Origin: Thecamonas trahens ATCC 50062 | Lineage: Eukaryota; Protista; Apusomonadida | Length of the DNA: 64,000 nt | Assembly: GCF_000142905.1 (NCBI RefSeq) | Contig: NW_013657664.1 | Location: 462,133-526,132 of the forward strand | Direction of reading: 5' to 3' | Shown here: positions 11,001-19,838 of the stretch, one piece after another | Position numbering within the stretch: the stretch's first letter is position 1 | How the letters are laid out: each line of letters opens with the position of its first letter | Notes under the pieces: model-generated | Databases searched by the model: none | What the model was told of the DNA's origin: nothing | Seen by the model: only the letters and a program-made list of their open reading frames with translations | Program-made: the position numbers and the translations under genes

Positions 11001-12169
11001 GCAGTAAATTTGGCGGCCTTGGCCGCCGCCGCCGCCGCCGCTGTCTGGGCCGAGCCCAGCTCCTTGGACAGCTTCTTAATGCTGTCACGGCACTTGTCGA
11101 TCTTGCCCTCGGCCGCCTGCAGCGAGGTGTGCTGCGTCCGGAGCCTGCTCCGCGCCCTATCGGCCGCCGCCTTGGCCTCGACCGCTCGCTCGTCCGCTGC
11201 TGCCTTGGCCGCCGCTGCCTCTGCAGCCGTCGCCTCCGCTGCCTCCAACTCGGCCTCCAGCACCGCCAACTGCGCCGCCAGCTCGGGATCTCCCACCTTG
11301 TTCTCCTTGCTCTCCGCCACACCCATGCTCTCCGCCGCAACCACCACCTTGTCTGCCTCGCCCGCTCCACTCGCTCCGCCCTCATCCTCGGCCAGTGCTC
11401 TCTCCATTGCACTACCGCGTCCGTCACCAGCCGCCACCTGATCACCTACCTCATCTCCCACCCGGCCATCACGTTCCACAGGCTCACCAGCATGCCCACC
11501 CTCGCTTGCCTCGCCTGCCTTGCCCGCAACTCGAGCATCTCCACCATTTCCGCCGTCTCCACTTTCTCTACTCTCTCCACTCTCTCCGCCAGCATCCCCT
11601 TGGCTCACGAGCAGCAAGCCGACCACCTCGGACCGAGCATCCTTCGCCACGCCAGCACCACCCACATCGCCAGCGCCACCAACAGGACGAGTTCCACCAG
11701 AACCACCGGAATGTCCTTGGATCGAGTCACCCTCAGCTATCCCGGGAGCTGTACCTCTGGCAGCATCGGCGGAGATGTGGTCAGAGCAGGCAGGCGCGGA
11801 ATTTTGGTTGTCGGCCTTTGGCGAGAACGTCTCTGGAGCCGACGCGGCGGAGTGGGTAGGCGAGTCAGAAGGGAGATGGCCAGACGCGAGGGGCTCTTGC
11901 GGTGAAGAACTTGTGTGAGAAGCGGTAGTTGTGGCGCAGGTGAGAAACGACGAGTCGGCAAGGCTCACGAGCGCGTCGCAGACCTTGGCCATGTCGGCAC
12001 GGGATCGCTCCGAAGTGGCAAGTGCAGCAGCGACAGCAGCATCCGCCTCTGCCATACGAAGCTCATCATCTTGAAGCTTCCAATGAAGTTGATTGGAAGT
12101 ACTGGCAAGCTCACCACAGAGCACATTGGCTTGGGACAGTAGTTCATCAAAGCTTGCCTTGTCTTCCAT
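8051..12169 (-). CDS. Large orphan protein: coiled coil, three ~75-aa repeated domains, Cys-rich C-terminus
   Basis: 1372-codon frame from MEDKASF; Ala/Glu/Lys coiled coil; three similar alpha/beta blocks; C-terminal CVFHESVSCGC...FCRCC. Confidence 0.75.
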   Translation of the reverse strand: MEDKASFDELLSQANVLCGELASTSNQLHWKLQDDELRMAEADAAVAAALATSERSRADMAKVCDALVSLADSSFLTCATTTASHTSSSPQEPLASGHLPSDSPTHSAASAPETFSPKADNQNSAPACSDHISADAARGTAPGIAEGDSIQGHSGGSGGTRPVGGAGDVGGAGVAKDARSEVVGLLLVSQGDAGGESGESRESGDGGNGGDARVAGKAGEASEGGHAGEPVERDGRVGDEVGDQVAAGDGRGSAMERALAEDEGGASGAGEADKVVVAAESMGVAESKENKVGDPELAAQLAVLEAELEAAEATAAEAAAAKAAADERAVEAKAAADRARSRLRTQHTSLQAAEGKIDKCRDSIKKLSKELGSAQTAAAAAAAKAAKFTAAAEAADREFAAVWSGSIAELELAWASLEADRQQVTAASSPPSPKPGPTAGSAGTGSRTNPRRTATAAPFRLGSSELDIARPEDLSRPQLVEALARQVYYLTPVDGSEVALADISNRPRFHQLYVRFKRMSAHRVSLWRVLLPHLESVGVQMRKTPARILYSRKSVAADGSSSAGSGARTSTSSAASGSEAGTGSEGKGLTEAEVQDAAAAALSSDATRTLITQILAQLRKLVEASSSGSVTSVYLTKDAKLKALFARYRKVTGRREAPWKIIMPFLQDFGLKSSKDRYAIRYMLDPTAPSVSGGGSSGGRGAQAAAGGAAVAWSGAGGKRAAPSRAEINAMSSEELVNALCDRLYEMAPADGRSIDSTVAANDSLFKIMFGRYRSMEPRKQPLWRVVKPHIENHRLGMVKTKSAVSYYRLGGTSKAAGGGHLARRDGGSGGKSERSAGAASGGGSRGSGTALKRKARVAAINRAIDLEAETASREREAAQALEAAVIKLERVSPQHPAHAQLAGRIKTLTSRATAARLTADQAASAAAEARASHPVLFHEVMAAKRAAEETEGRPGPPSSRSRRRSSAALAEAEAAASAAAAAVVAEDPDEMASEAGIGLTHPPLVVPMSGKGRSDDDTAAAAAAAWASASLPVAGRIEGLAGGGGLGGFDLAAGGLDGSTGTAFPQLAVPAVFGAPRLSKKTEVGGGGGALASGMPLALETTMPHAAAGAGVGGMPSILPPLMGSPTASEDSSAAVSPSGEAWCTGLAGYAAWGPQPGDEANYGFIRYLSDLDAGKPTDEAFITVDLADDQGEFGWVGRLTIDGLKSGLASRVALGGSRVGGGDRARSYSTADPAHTTLLPHALDYRRRQALVYVGMSSVLGLAYNLCVTYKLQYDTLLELGFAPAAIRNQLSELLVSTRVDLSGILPFALCDHKLRLCVFHESVSCGCMPSMRGFCRCCLPLIILSAAFRDDRFLDHLFDGLEGTQWSNF

Positions 12170-12439
12170 GATCCCCCCTCGCCGCACACCTCCCCGGAGG
12201 CAAACAGACAAATGTGTTGTGGCTCCGACTGACCACTGCAGCAGTCAACACGCTGGCCGACCTCCGCCACACCCGCCGGTTGTCATGGGCAAGCGGCAGG
12301 GCCGGGGCGCTGGGGGGGGGGGGTTCGCGGGATGGGGGGAGGAAGGAGGGAAGGAAGGACCTTGATCAGTTTGTTGAGAGGACAGAGGGAGGAAGGGGGG
12401 GGAAGAGGAGGGGGCGATGCTGCCGTTGGCAACAGCGAG

Positions 12440-12723
12440 TTAGAGGAGGGCGCAGCCACCCTTCTTCTTGGTCTTGGGCGCCGGCTCGGAGAGGTTGATC
12501 TGGCCGACAACGTCGTCGAAGATCTCGTCGATGTTGTAGCGGGTCTTGGCCGAGCACTCCATAAAGGTGCACGACCACTCCTTGGCCTTGGCGTCACCCT
12601 GCTCCTTCTCGACGATGCGGTCGTCCTCGAGATCGCACTTGTTGCCGACAAGGACCATGGGCACGGTCTCGGCGTCCTTGACGCGGAGGATCTGCTCGTG
12701 GATGTCGTTGAGGTCGTTGAAGG
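12440..12723 (-). pseudogene. Tandem duplicate of the Rap1 3' coding region (FNDL...CALL*), with no 5' end
   Basis: 284-bp near-identical copy of 12736-13019 with 6 substitutions. Confidence 0.8.
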
Positions 12724-12735
12724 AGGGGGGGGCGA

Positions 12736-13585
12736 TTAGAGGAGGGCGCAGCCGCCCTTCTTCTTGGTCTTGGGCGCCGGCTCAGAGAGGTTGATCTGGC
12801 CGACCACGTCGTCGAAGATCTCGTCAATGTTGTAGCGGGTCTTGGCCGAGCACTCCATAAAGGTGCACGACCACTCCTTGGCCTTGGCGTCACCCTGCTC
12901 CTTCTCGACGATGCGGTCGTCCTCGAGATCGCACTTGTTGCCGACGAGAACCATGGGCACGGTCTCGGCGTCCTTGACGCGGAGGATCTGCTCGTGGATG
13001 TCGTTGAGGTCGTTGAAGGTGGCCATGGCGGTGATGGAGTAGACGAGGATGAAGCCCTGTCCGTTCTTCATGTACAGGTCACGCATGGCGGTAAACTGCT
13101 CGGTACCGGCCGTGTCGAGAATCTCGAGCAGGCACTGCTGGCCGTCGATCTCGGTCTGCTTGCGGTACGAGTCCTCGATGGTCGGGTCGTACTTGTCGAC
13201 GAACTGTGTGTGGAGGGGGGGGAAGGTGAGTCTGTGCGTTGCAGCAAGCCAAGGGTTTGCACGGCGACGAAAATGCGGTGGCAAAGCGGTGGTGGGCAGG
13301 TGGGGAAGAGCGGGGGCAATACGGAGGGGAGAGGGAGGGAGGGGGGGAGGGAGGGGCATGTGCAGGATGACAGGCAAGGAGTAGTAGGGCGGGTGGGGGC
13401 AGAGGAGGGGCAGGGTTGGAAGGGGCAGGGGGGAGGGTGGCTCTGTTTCAGCCCCCGTTTGGGGGGGAAGGGAGCGGGGGGGAGCTGCCTGGTTCGTAAC
13501 GTACGATGTTCTGGACGAACTGAACGGTGAGGGCCGACTTGCCGACACCACCCGAGCCAAGGACCACAAGCTTGTACTCACGCAT
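12736..13585 (-). CDS. RAP1: Ras-related GTPase Rap1, 182 aa; exons 13585-13505 and 13203-12736
   Basis: [43 protein letters not shown] (Rap-specific Thr61), NKCD, and a polybasic tail with CAAX (KKKGGCALL). Intron GTACGT...CAG. Confidence 0.96.
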
Positions 13586-14164
13586 TGTATCTATGTGTAG
13601 TGTGAGTGGGGAGTTGGAAGGAGCGACAGAAGAGCCGACTGACTGGCTGGGGAGGGGGGAGGGGGGGCAAAAGGTCGTGGAAGGTGTGGCTTGTGTTCGT
13701 ATTGATCAATGACGGCGGCCACCAAACGCGCGAATTTTGGCAGTCGAGATCGGGAATGGTTGAAAGGGCCCGGGGGGTGCCATGGAGGTTGGAAAAGGGA
13801 AGGTGTGGGGGGAGGTACAGGGAGTAGAGGAAGACACTGTGACGGTGGGGGTGGGGGAGGAGTGGGGAGAGGCTCGTTGGGGTGCGCGGGGATGGCGGTC
13901 AAGGCCTTGGCGTACAAGTGGGAGAGAACTGTGGCGGTTGCTGCGAGTGGGGGAGATGGGCCGAGCGGGGGGGGGGAGGGAAGCGTGCGCCCATTTGGGG
14001 AGGCACGGATTGCAGGTGGCGAGCGAGCCGGCTGGCGTGCTTCGGCAAGGCACGGTCGGTGACGAGAGAGAGGGGCAAGGGGGGGAAAGGATGACGAGAA
14101 GACAGGCGGCAAGAGATGGCATCCAAGTAGCGTTTAGGCGGCGATGGGGGCCAAAAGGGGGTGC

Positions 14165-15277
14165 TTAGCGGTAGCGGCGGAGCGAGAGGGTGTTGTGGCG
14201 CTTCCAGACGGCGTGCTTGGAGGGACCGTTGTGGTTGAAGCGGTGGCCCTTGTGCATGCCACGGGCCTTCTTGCCGGCGGCGGTGAGGCCACGGAGCTCG
14301 CGGTGCTTGTGGACCGGGTTGCAGATCCAGTTGATGCGCGGGTCGTTGCGGATGACGGTGTGGTGCGGGTCGACAAGGATGACCTCGAAGTACCGGTTGG
14401 CAGCGTCCTCGTTGACCCAGTACGAGTTGAGGACGCGGAGGTTGCCACAGCGGCGGCCGGCGCGCTCCTCGGCGACCGAGCGCTTGGAGCGGCGCTGCTT
14501 GATCTTGCGCACACCCTGGTTGGTGGGCTTACCGGTCACGGCACCCTTGCGGACACGGCGCTTGCGGTCACCACGCTTGACGCGGACGCGGTAGACAACG
14601 TAGCCCTGCTTGGCGCGGTAGCCGAGGCGGCGGGCCTTGTCCGGGCGGGTCGGGCGGGTGAGGCGGTGGACCGACGGCAGCTGGCGGTACTCCCAGCACC
14701 GGACACGCTGCAGGAAGCGCAGGGCATCAGACTGCTTCTTCTTCCAGAGCTCTGTTGGTATGAGGAGGGGTATGGCGTGAGCGAGAGGAAAGGAGAGGAG
14801 GGGAGGGGAGGGCGGCTATGGGAGCAACGGAGGAGAGGAGGAGGGGAAGGGGAAGGGGGGAGAAAATCATCACATCCTTGGCCAGGGCAGGGTGTGGGAG
14901 GGGGAGGGGGGAGGATGGAGGAAGTTGGAGGAGGAGGGCAAGGGAGGAGAAGGAGGACATACCCTCGAGGTACTTGTACGCGCCTGTGATGGTTGGAGTA
15001 GGGAGGAAGGGAAAGCGTGAGTGTGGGTGGGAGGTGCAGAGGTGGGGAGGACAGACACAAAATGGGCGGCCATCAACAGGCTGCCCCCGACAGAAGCCAG
15101 CCGTGCCCAGCCCAGCATGAGGAGTGCCAGGATGGGGAAGAGCAAGGCAGAGGCAAGAGCAGGGAGGAGATGCAAGTATCCATGTGGCATGGTGGTAGTG
15201 GGGGAGGGACGGAGGGGGGAAGGGGGGGACCGAGGGAGGGCGGCAGTAGCAGGAGGCAGCCAGGTTGACGTACCCAT
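14165..15277 (-). CDS. RPL15: 60S ribosomal protein eL15, 203 aa; exons 15277-15274, 14983-14963, 14751-14165
   Basis: Spliced product [33 protein letters not shown]...[10 protein letters not shown]...LSLRRYR. Donors GTACGT and GTATGT. Confidence 0.96.
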
Positions 15278-15492
15278 GTTTGATTAGGGTTGAGTGTGGT
15301 ACCGGTTGGTCAAGTTAAATCCCCAACAGTTTCGCCTGAGGTGGTTGGGAGTTGGGGAGATGTGGCGGGTGGGGGGTGGAGTGGTAAAAATTGTACATGC
15401 GATGTGTAGGTGCTCGTAGCTTGCTATTCGTCGGTGGACGGCGGTCGGTGGCCGCCACTTGGCGCCAAGTGCGAGGGGCGGGCGCGAGCGTG

Positions 15493-17379
15493 ATGGAGAG
15501 CAACGACGGCACCAGTGGGTACGGTGGGAACAGAGTGGGGCTTGCACCACGGGCAGCAAGCTTTGCAACGTTTACGGGACTCAAAGATGGGAATGGGTCG
15601 GCCAGCTTGGCAAGCGTCGAGTCGACGGCATCGTTGGGCTCAGCGCAGAGCGTTGAGGCCGCGAGCTCGAGATGGCGACAGAGACGGGCGCAGCGACGAG
15701 GCGATGACCGCGATGGCGTGGGCGGGCGGGGTTCTGAGCGGGTGACGTCTAAGATACGGCGACGGCGGGCTAGCAAGGAGCAGAACGGGTCGTCTGCGAG
15801 TCTTGGGCGACGATTTGCGCCGCTGGCGTCGGAACCGCCGCCGCCGCCGCCGATGCCAGCGACGGCTGGGGCGAGCGTAGTGCCGCGGCGGACGAGTCGC
15901 GGTGTGCCGACGACGGCGATGGGCTTGCTGGCGCGGGGCGAGCTGCTGGTGAGCGACACGGATCCGGTGCATCTCAAGGTGCTGGCGTGCCAGCAGCTTG
16001 TGGCGCATCTGCGGTACGACCGGCGGGCCGAGGCGGCGCGTAAGGCGCGGCAGCGACGGACAAGCGCGGCGTCAGGCGGGGCTGAGAGCGTATACTCGGC
16101 AGGCGATGAAGGCGATGTGGGAGGGAGAGAGCGCGCGGCGTCGGTGAGCGCGGGAGCGAGCGTGGCCGAGTTTGTGGCGCAAGGGGCTGCTGTTGCGGCG
16201 GCGCCGCGGGCGATACTCCCGCTGGACGCGGTGGCGCTCGGGCTGTACCTCACGATGCACCTTGATGCAGTGCTCCGTGTGCCGCTGTCAGTGGATGTGG
16301 TGCGGCGGCGGCGCGAGGAGGAGGCGCGGCGATTTCGGGTCCGTGCGCTTCTTGTGCAGTCGCCGTCGGGCGCATGGGGCCTCATCGGAACGTCTGCGGA
16401 CGACAATGCGGTCAACATGGTGAAGCCGGTCCACTTTCCGTCGCTCTGGGACGTGGTGGCGGAGCTTGCGCTGGAGCTCGAGGCGCAGCCCGGGGAGCCG
16501 CTGGTTGTCGAGTCACTCGGCTTTGGGGCGCCAGTCCATCACCTTGCGCGGGAGGCGAGCGCGGTCAAGTGGCGTAAGGCCGTTGTCGACGTCTCGCAGC
16601 TCGGATGGCGGTCTGCAGCGCTGGCAGTGGACAAGTACGAGGCCAAGCTGCGACTGGTGGCACTGACGGTCAAGACGGAGAACGACGTGCGGGCGCGGAT
16701 GGACGAGCGGGCGCGGGCGGCGGTGCTCAACATGTGGGCGAATCCGGAGCGGGCGCGGGAGATGGACAACTACGTGTGGGCGCCGCGCGGGCGCCCTGCC
16801 TTTTGCACGCAGGTGGGCCACGGCCTGCGGCGGTCGCAGGCGCAGGCGATTCAGCGGCACGAGCGGGTCCACGAGGCGGTCAAGCCGTCACTCGGCCTTG
16901 TCGGCGAGTCGGCCGAGGTGCAGGAGGCGTATGCGTGGAGCCGCGAGCAGATCCGCGACCTGGGCCGGCTGTTTGTGCGCGAGCCGCAGGTCGATGCTGC
17001 GGTGGCGGCGGCAGCGGCCGGCCTGCCGAACGAAAAGGCCGTTGTCAAGCGGTTGACGACCGAGGCGAGTCGCAAAGCGATGAAGGTGACGGCTGCGGCG
17101 CTGCGGACTGAGCGCATGTCGCAGGCTGAGCACGAGCTGATGCGGCTCAAGGCCGAGCTGCCGCTTGAGAGCGAGCGGCGAGCAGAGCACAACGTGCTTG
17201 TGGCCGAGACTTCGTCTGCCCTGGCCAAATTTGGCAACAGCGTGCCTGGCCAACCGAACGAGTACGACATGGACGTGGCGCGGGCGTTTGACGCGGCTTC
17301 GTTGCGGTACGAGCCGCACGAGCTGCTCTCGGCGGTGCGGCTGACCGAGTTTGCGGCGGTTCATTCGCAGAGCTCGTGA
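15493..17379 (+). CDS. Vasohibin-domain protein, predicted inactive, with C-terminal extension
   Basis: AILPLDAVALGLYLT...RVPLS, WGLIGTS, KPVHFPSLWDVV and VKWRKAVVDVSQLG align with VASH1 PIKCLEAVILGIYLT...RFPIS, YGALGMS, KPPAFRTLSELV and IEWKHSVLDVERLG. Confidence 0.75.
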   Translation: MESNDGTSGYGGNRVGLAPRAASFATFTGLKDGNGSASLASVESTASLGSAQSVEAASSRWRQRRAQRRGDDRDGVGGRGSERVTSKIRRRRASKEQNGSSASLGRRFAPLASEPPPPPPMPATAGASVVPRRTSRGVPTTAMGLLARGELLVSDTDPVHLKVLACQQLVAHLRYDRRAEAARKARQRRTSAASGGAESVYSAGDEGDVGGRERAASVSAGASVAEFVAQGAAVAAAPRAILPLDAVALGLYLTMHLDAVLRVPLSVDVVRRRREEEARRFRVRALLVQSPSGAWGLIGTSADDNAVNMVKPVHFPSLWDVVAELALELEAQPGEPLVVESLGFGAPVHHLAREASAVKWRKAVVDVSQLGWRSAALAVDKYEAKLRLVALTVKTENDVRARMDERARAAVLNMWANPERAREMDNYVWAPRGRPAFCTQVGHGLRRSQAQAIQRHERVHEAVKPSLGLVGESAEVQEAYAWSREQIRDLGRLFVREPQVDAAVAAAAAGLPNEKAVVKRLTTEASRKAMKVTAAALRTERMSQAEHELMRLKAELPLESERRAEHNVLVAETSSALAKFGNSVPGQPNEYDMDVARAFDAASLRYEPHELLSAVRLTEFAAVHSQSS

Positions 17380-17399
17380 GAGAGAGAAAGAGCCGGTAG

Positions 17400-19217
17400 C
17401 TACATCCAGGTGTCCTCGAGGAGGCGGCGCGACTTGACGAGCGACTTGAGCCAGGCCTCGGCGTCAGGCCGGGCAAGGCCGCCGGCCGAAGTGGCGACGT
17501 CCACGAGCGCATCCTTGACCGCTCCCGGCATTTTCTTGGCCGAGCCGCAGATGTAGACAACGCCGGCGGCGGAGGAGAGCAGGTGCCAGAGAGCAGCCGC
17601 GGGCTCGGGCTCGCGCATCCGATCCTGAACGTACGCCTTGGGCACGCCAGAGACCGGGCGCGACCAGGCGTAGAAGACGGTGATGTAGCCAGCAGCTTCC
17701 CAGGCGGCAAGCTGGGCGCTGTACAGGTTGTCGGCAGCCGGGTCGCGGTTACCAAAGAAGAGCATGTCTGGAAGGTCCGGGGTTGTGCCAGCCGCGGCAT
17801 GCGCATCGGCGCGGGCGGCGAGGAAAGCCATAAACGGCGCGATGCCGGTCCCGGGCCCGACGAGGACCATTGGCAGTTGGGGCGGTGGGAGAGAGATGGC
17901 GCCGCGCGAGACAAAGACCGGGAGCCGTGCGCCCTGCTCAGCTTGAGCGAGGCAGGCCGAGGCCAGGCCGTGACGCGGAGTCTTGATCTTGGTAGTGTAC
18001 GAGACGACGGCGAGGGTGATGCTCGCGGTTGTGGCCGGGCTCGCATCCGGCGGCGACGAGATCGAGTAGGCGCGGGGCTGGATGAGCGGCAGCATGTCCA
18101 ATAGGTAGTGGAGTGGCGGGCGGAGCGACGGAAAGTCAGTAAAGACCTCGACCGGCCAGCGGGCGTCGCGATAGTTGTAATCGTAGAGCTCGTCTTGACC
18201 GCCGGGCGAGGCAAACTCGGTGAGGCGCTCGACCTCGCGATCATCGGAGGCAAGCCAGGGGGCGAGCTCAAAAAAGTACCGCCGCGGCGAGGCTGTGATG
18301 TCAATGACGTGGGTGAAGAGGTCTCTCAGCGAGACGACGAGGCCGGCGAGCGGAGTGGAGGCCGGAGGCGCATCGGGTGCGGCTTCGATCGAGACGACGG
18401 CGTCGAGGTCAAGGTTGAGAAGCTCGGCAAAAGCATCGACCATGGCAGGCGTGTTCGACGGAAGAATGTTGATGACGTCGCCTGGGACGTAGGCCGCTGG
18501 TGGGTCGAGAGCAAGCTCGATGTGGCGCACGTCCTGCCAGTGGTCGAGAGCGGTGAGGCGGGCATTGGAGACTACCTTGGCGGAGCCGAGATCCGCGATG
18601 CGAAGTGCGGCTCCGCGGACAGCATCGCGCTCGGTGGGCGATGCGCACGGCGCGTCGCGGGGGAGAAGCTCGAGCTGGTAGCGGGGTGGCGGGCAGCCGA
18701 GCTCCTGGCGGGTGAGGACAGTGTGACCGGGCGGTAGCGGGTGGCGGAGGAGAAGATGCTCCCAAAGTAGGTCGAGCCAAGGATGCAAGGCACCATCAAG
18801 TCCGTGCGGGTGCTGATCATCGCCCTCGCCGCGCGGGATGACCGGGTAGGCGCCGAGCTGGCTCAGGCGCTTGAAGAGCTTGCGGCCGGCAGCGTTGTAG
18901 AGGCGATAGCCCGAGTCGCCGAGGGCAAAGACAGCAAACGAGTGACCAGCAAGCGCATTCCGAGGAAGTGACTTGCGAAGCAGTAGGCGCCAGAGCGGTC
19001 GGATGCGCGTCGGCATCTCCCCCTGGCCCGTGGTAGCCACCACCCATACCGTCACCCTCGAGTCGGTGGCCAGGCTCGCCGGCTCGACGCCAGCCACGTC
19101 CTCCACACTCGCCGTGAGGGCATAGCGGCCAGCTTCACGGCCAATGAACTCGCCCACATCCCGAGCAGTCCCTGTCTCTGTCACATAGATGATGCGAATG
19201 GCTCGCTCACTCGCCAT
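17400..19217 (-). CDS. NDOR1: NADPH-dependent diflavin oxidoreductase 1 (Tah18)
   Basis: Flavodoxin motifs YVTETGTA, ATTGQGE, FALGDSGY and GEGDDQHPHG; HWQDVRH; PRAYSISS; GPGTGIAPF; YICGSAKKMP; C-terminal EDTW. Confidence 0.92.
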   Translation of the reverse strand: MASERAIRIIYVTETGTARDVGEFIGREAGRYALTASVEDVAGVEPASLATDSRVTVWVVATTGQGEMPTRIRPLWRLLLRKSLPRNALAGHSFAVFALGDSGYRLYNAAGRKLFKRLSQLGAYPVIPRGEGDDQHPHGLDGALHPWLDLLWEHLLLRHPLPPGHTVLTRQELGCPPPRYQLELLPRDAPCASPTERDAVRGAALRIADLGSAKVVSNARLTALDHWQDVRHIELALDPPAAYVPGDVINILPSNTPAMVDAFAELLNLDLDAVVSIEAAPDAPPASTPLAGLVVSLRDLFTHVIDITASPRRYFFELAPWLASDDREVERLTEFASPGGQDELYDYNYRDARWPVEVFTDFPSLRPPLHYLLDMLPLIQPRAYSISSPPDASPATTASITLAVVSYTTKIKTPRHGLASACLAQAEQGARLPVFVSRGAISLPPPQLPMVLVGPGTGIAPFMAFLAARADAHAAAGTTPDLPDMLFFGNRDPAADNLYSAQLAAWEAAGYITVFYAWSRPVSGVPKAYVQDRMREPEPAAALWHLLSSAAGVVYICGSAKKMPGAVKDALVDVATSAGGLARPDAEAWLKSLVKSRRLLEDTWM

Positions 19218-19647
19218 CGGTCTTTCCGTCTCTGCGCCGTTACCGTCTGCTTGAGTTGAGTCTGTGTGCCACACGATCCGCTTGATCGGGTAAGGTTGGG
19301 CCCATTTGCGCGGAGAGGCGGATGATCGGGTCATGTTGGCTATGTCATGCCGATGGGGCCGAGGCCAGTGGGGTTTGTGGAGAGGGACGGGGCTGGGGGG
19401 GGGGGGGGGGGGGGGTGGGGTGGGGGGATGATGGCTGATGGCGGGCTTTTGGGCCTTTATTACTCTGTGTGCGGTGATGTGGTTTGATCGGTGCCTTTGT
19501 GATCGTGGTGCTTGTGTGCCTGTATATGTGTGTGTGGGGCGTTGGGCTTGCTACAGAGATCATCTTTGCACCATGCGTGAATTGGACTGCTATCAGTGTG
19601 GTGATGTGGGTTTGATCGGTGTGATGAGGGGCATTTCCCTGGGATCG

Positions 19648-19689
19648 TGGTGTGTGTGTGTGTGCTTGTGTGTGTGCTTGTGTGTGTGC

Positions 19690-19749
<60 letters not shown>

Positions 19750-19775
19750 ATGCATGTGTGTGTGCGTATGCATGT
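19648..19775. repeat. (TG)n microsatellite
   Basis: Long TG run in the NDOR1/CCS divergent intergenic region. Confidence 0.95.
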
Positions 19776-19838
19776 GCGCGACCTGGCGACCGTCGTTTGC
19801 TGACGAATGCGGCAGCTACTCAGTCGGCGACTTGGGAG

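Noticed and set aside
14752-15273. snoRNA in the RPL15 introns
   Set aside because: A C-box-like GTGATGA occurs at ~14867-14873 (-), but there is no downstream CTGA D box and no convincing H/ACA structure.
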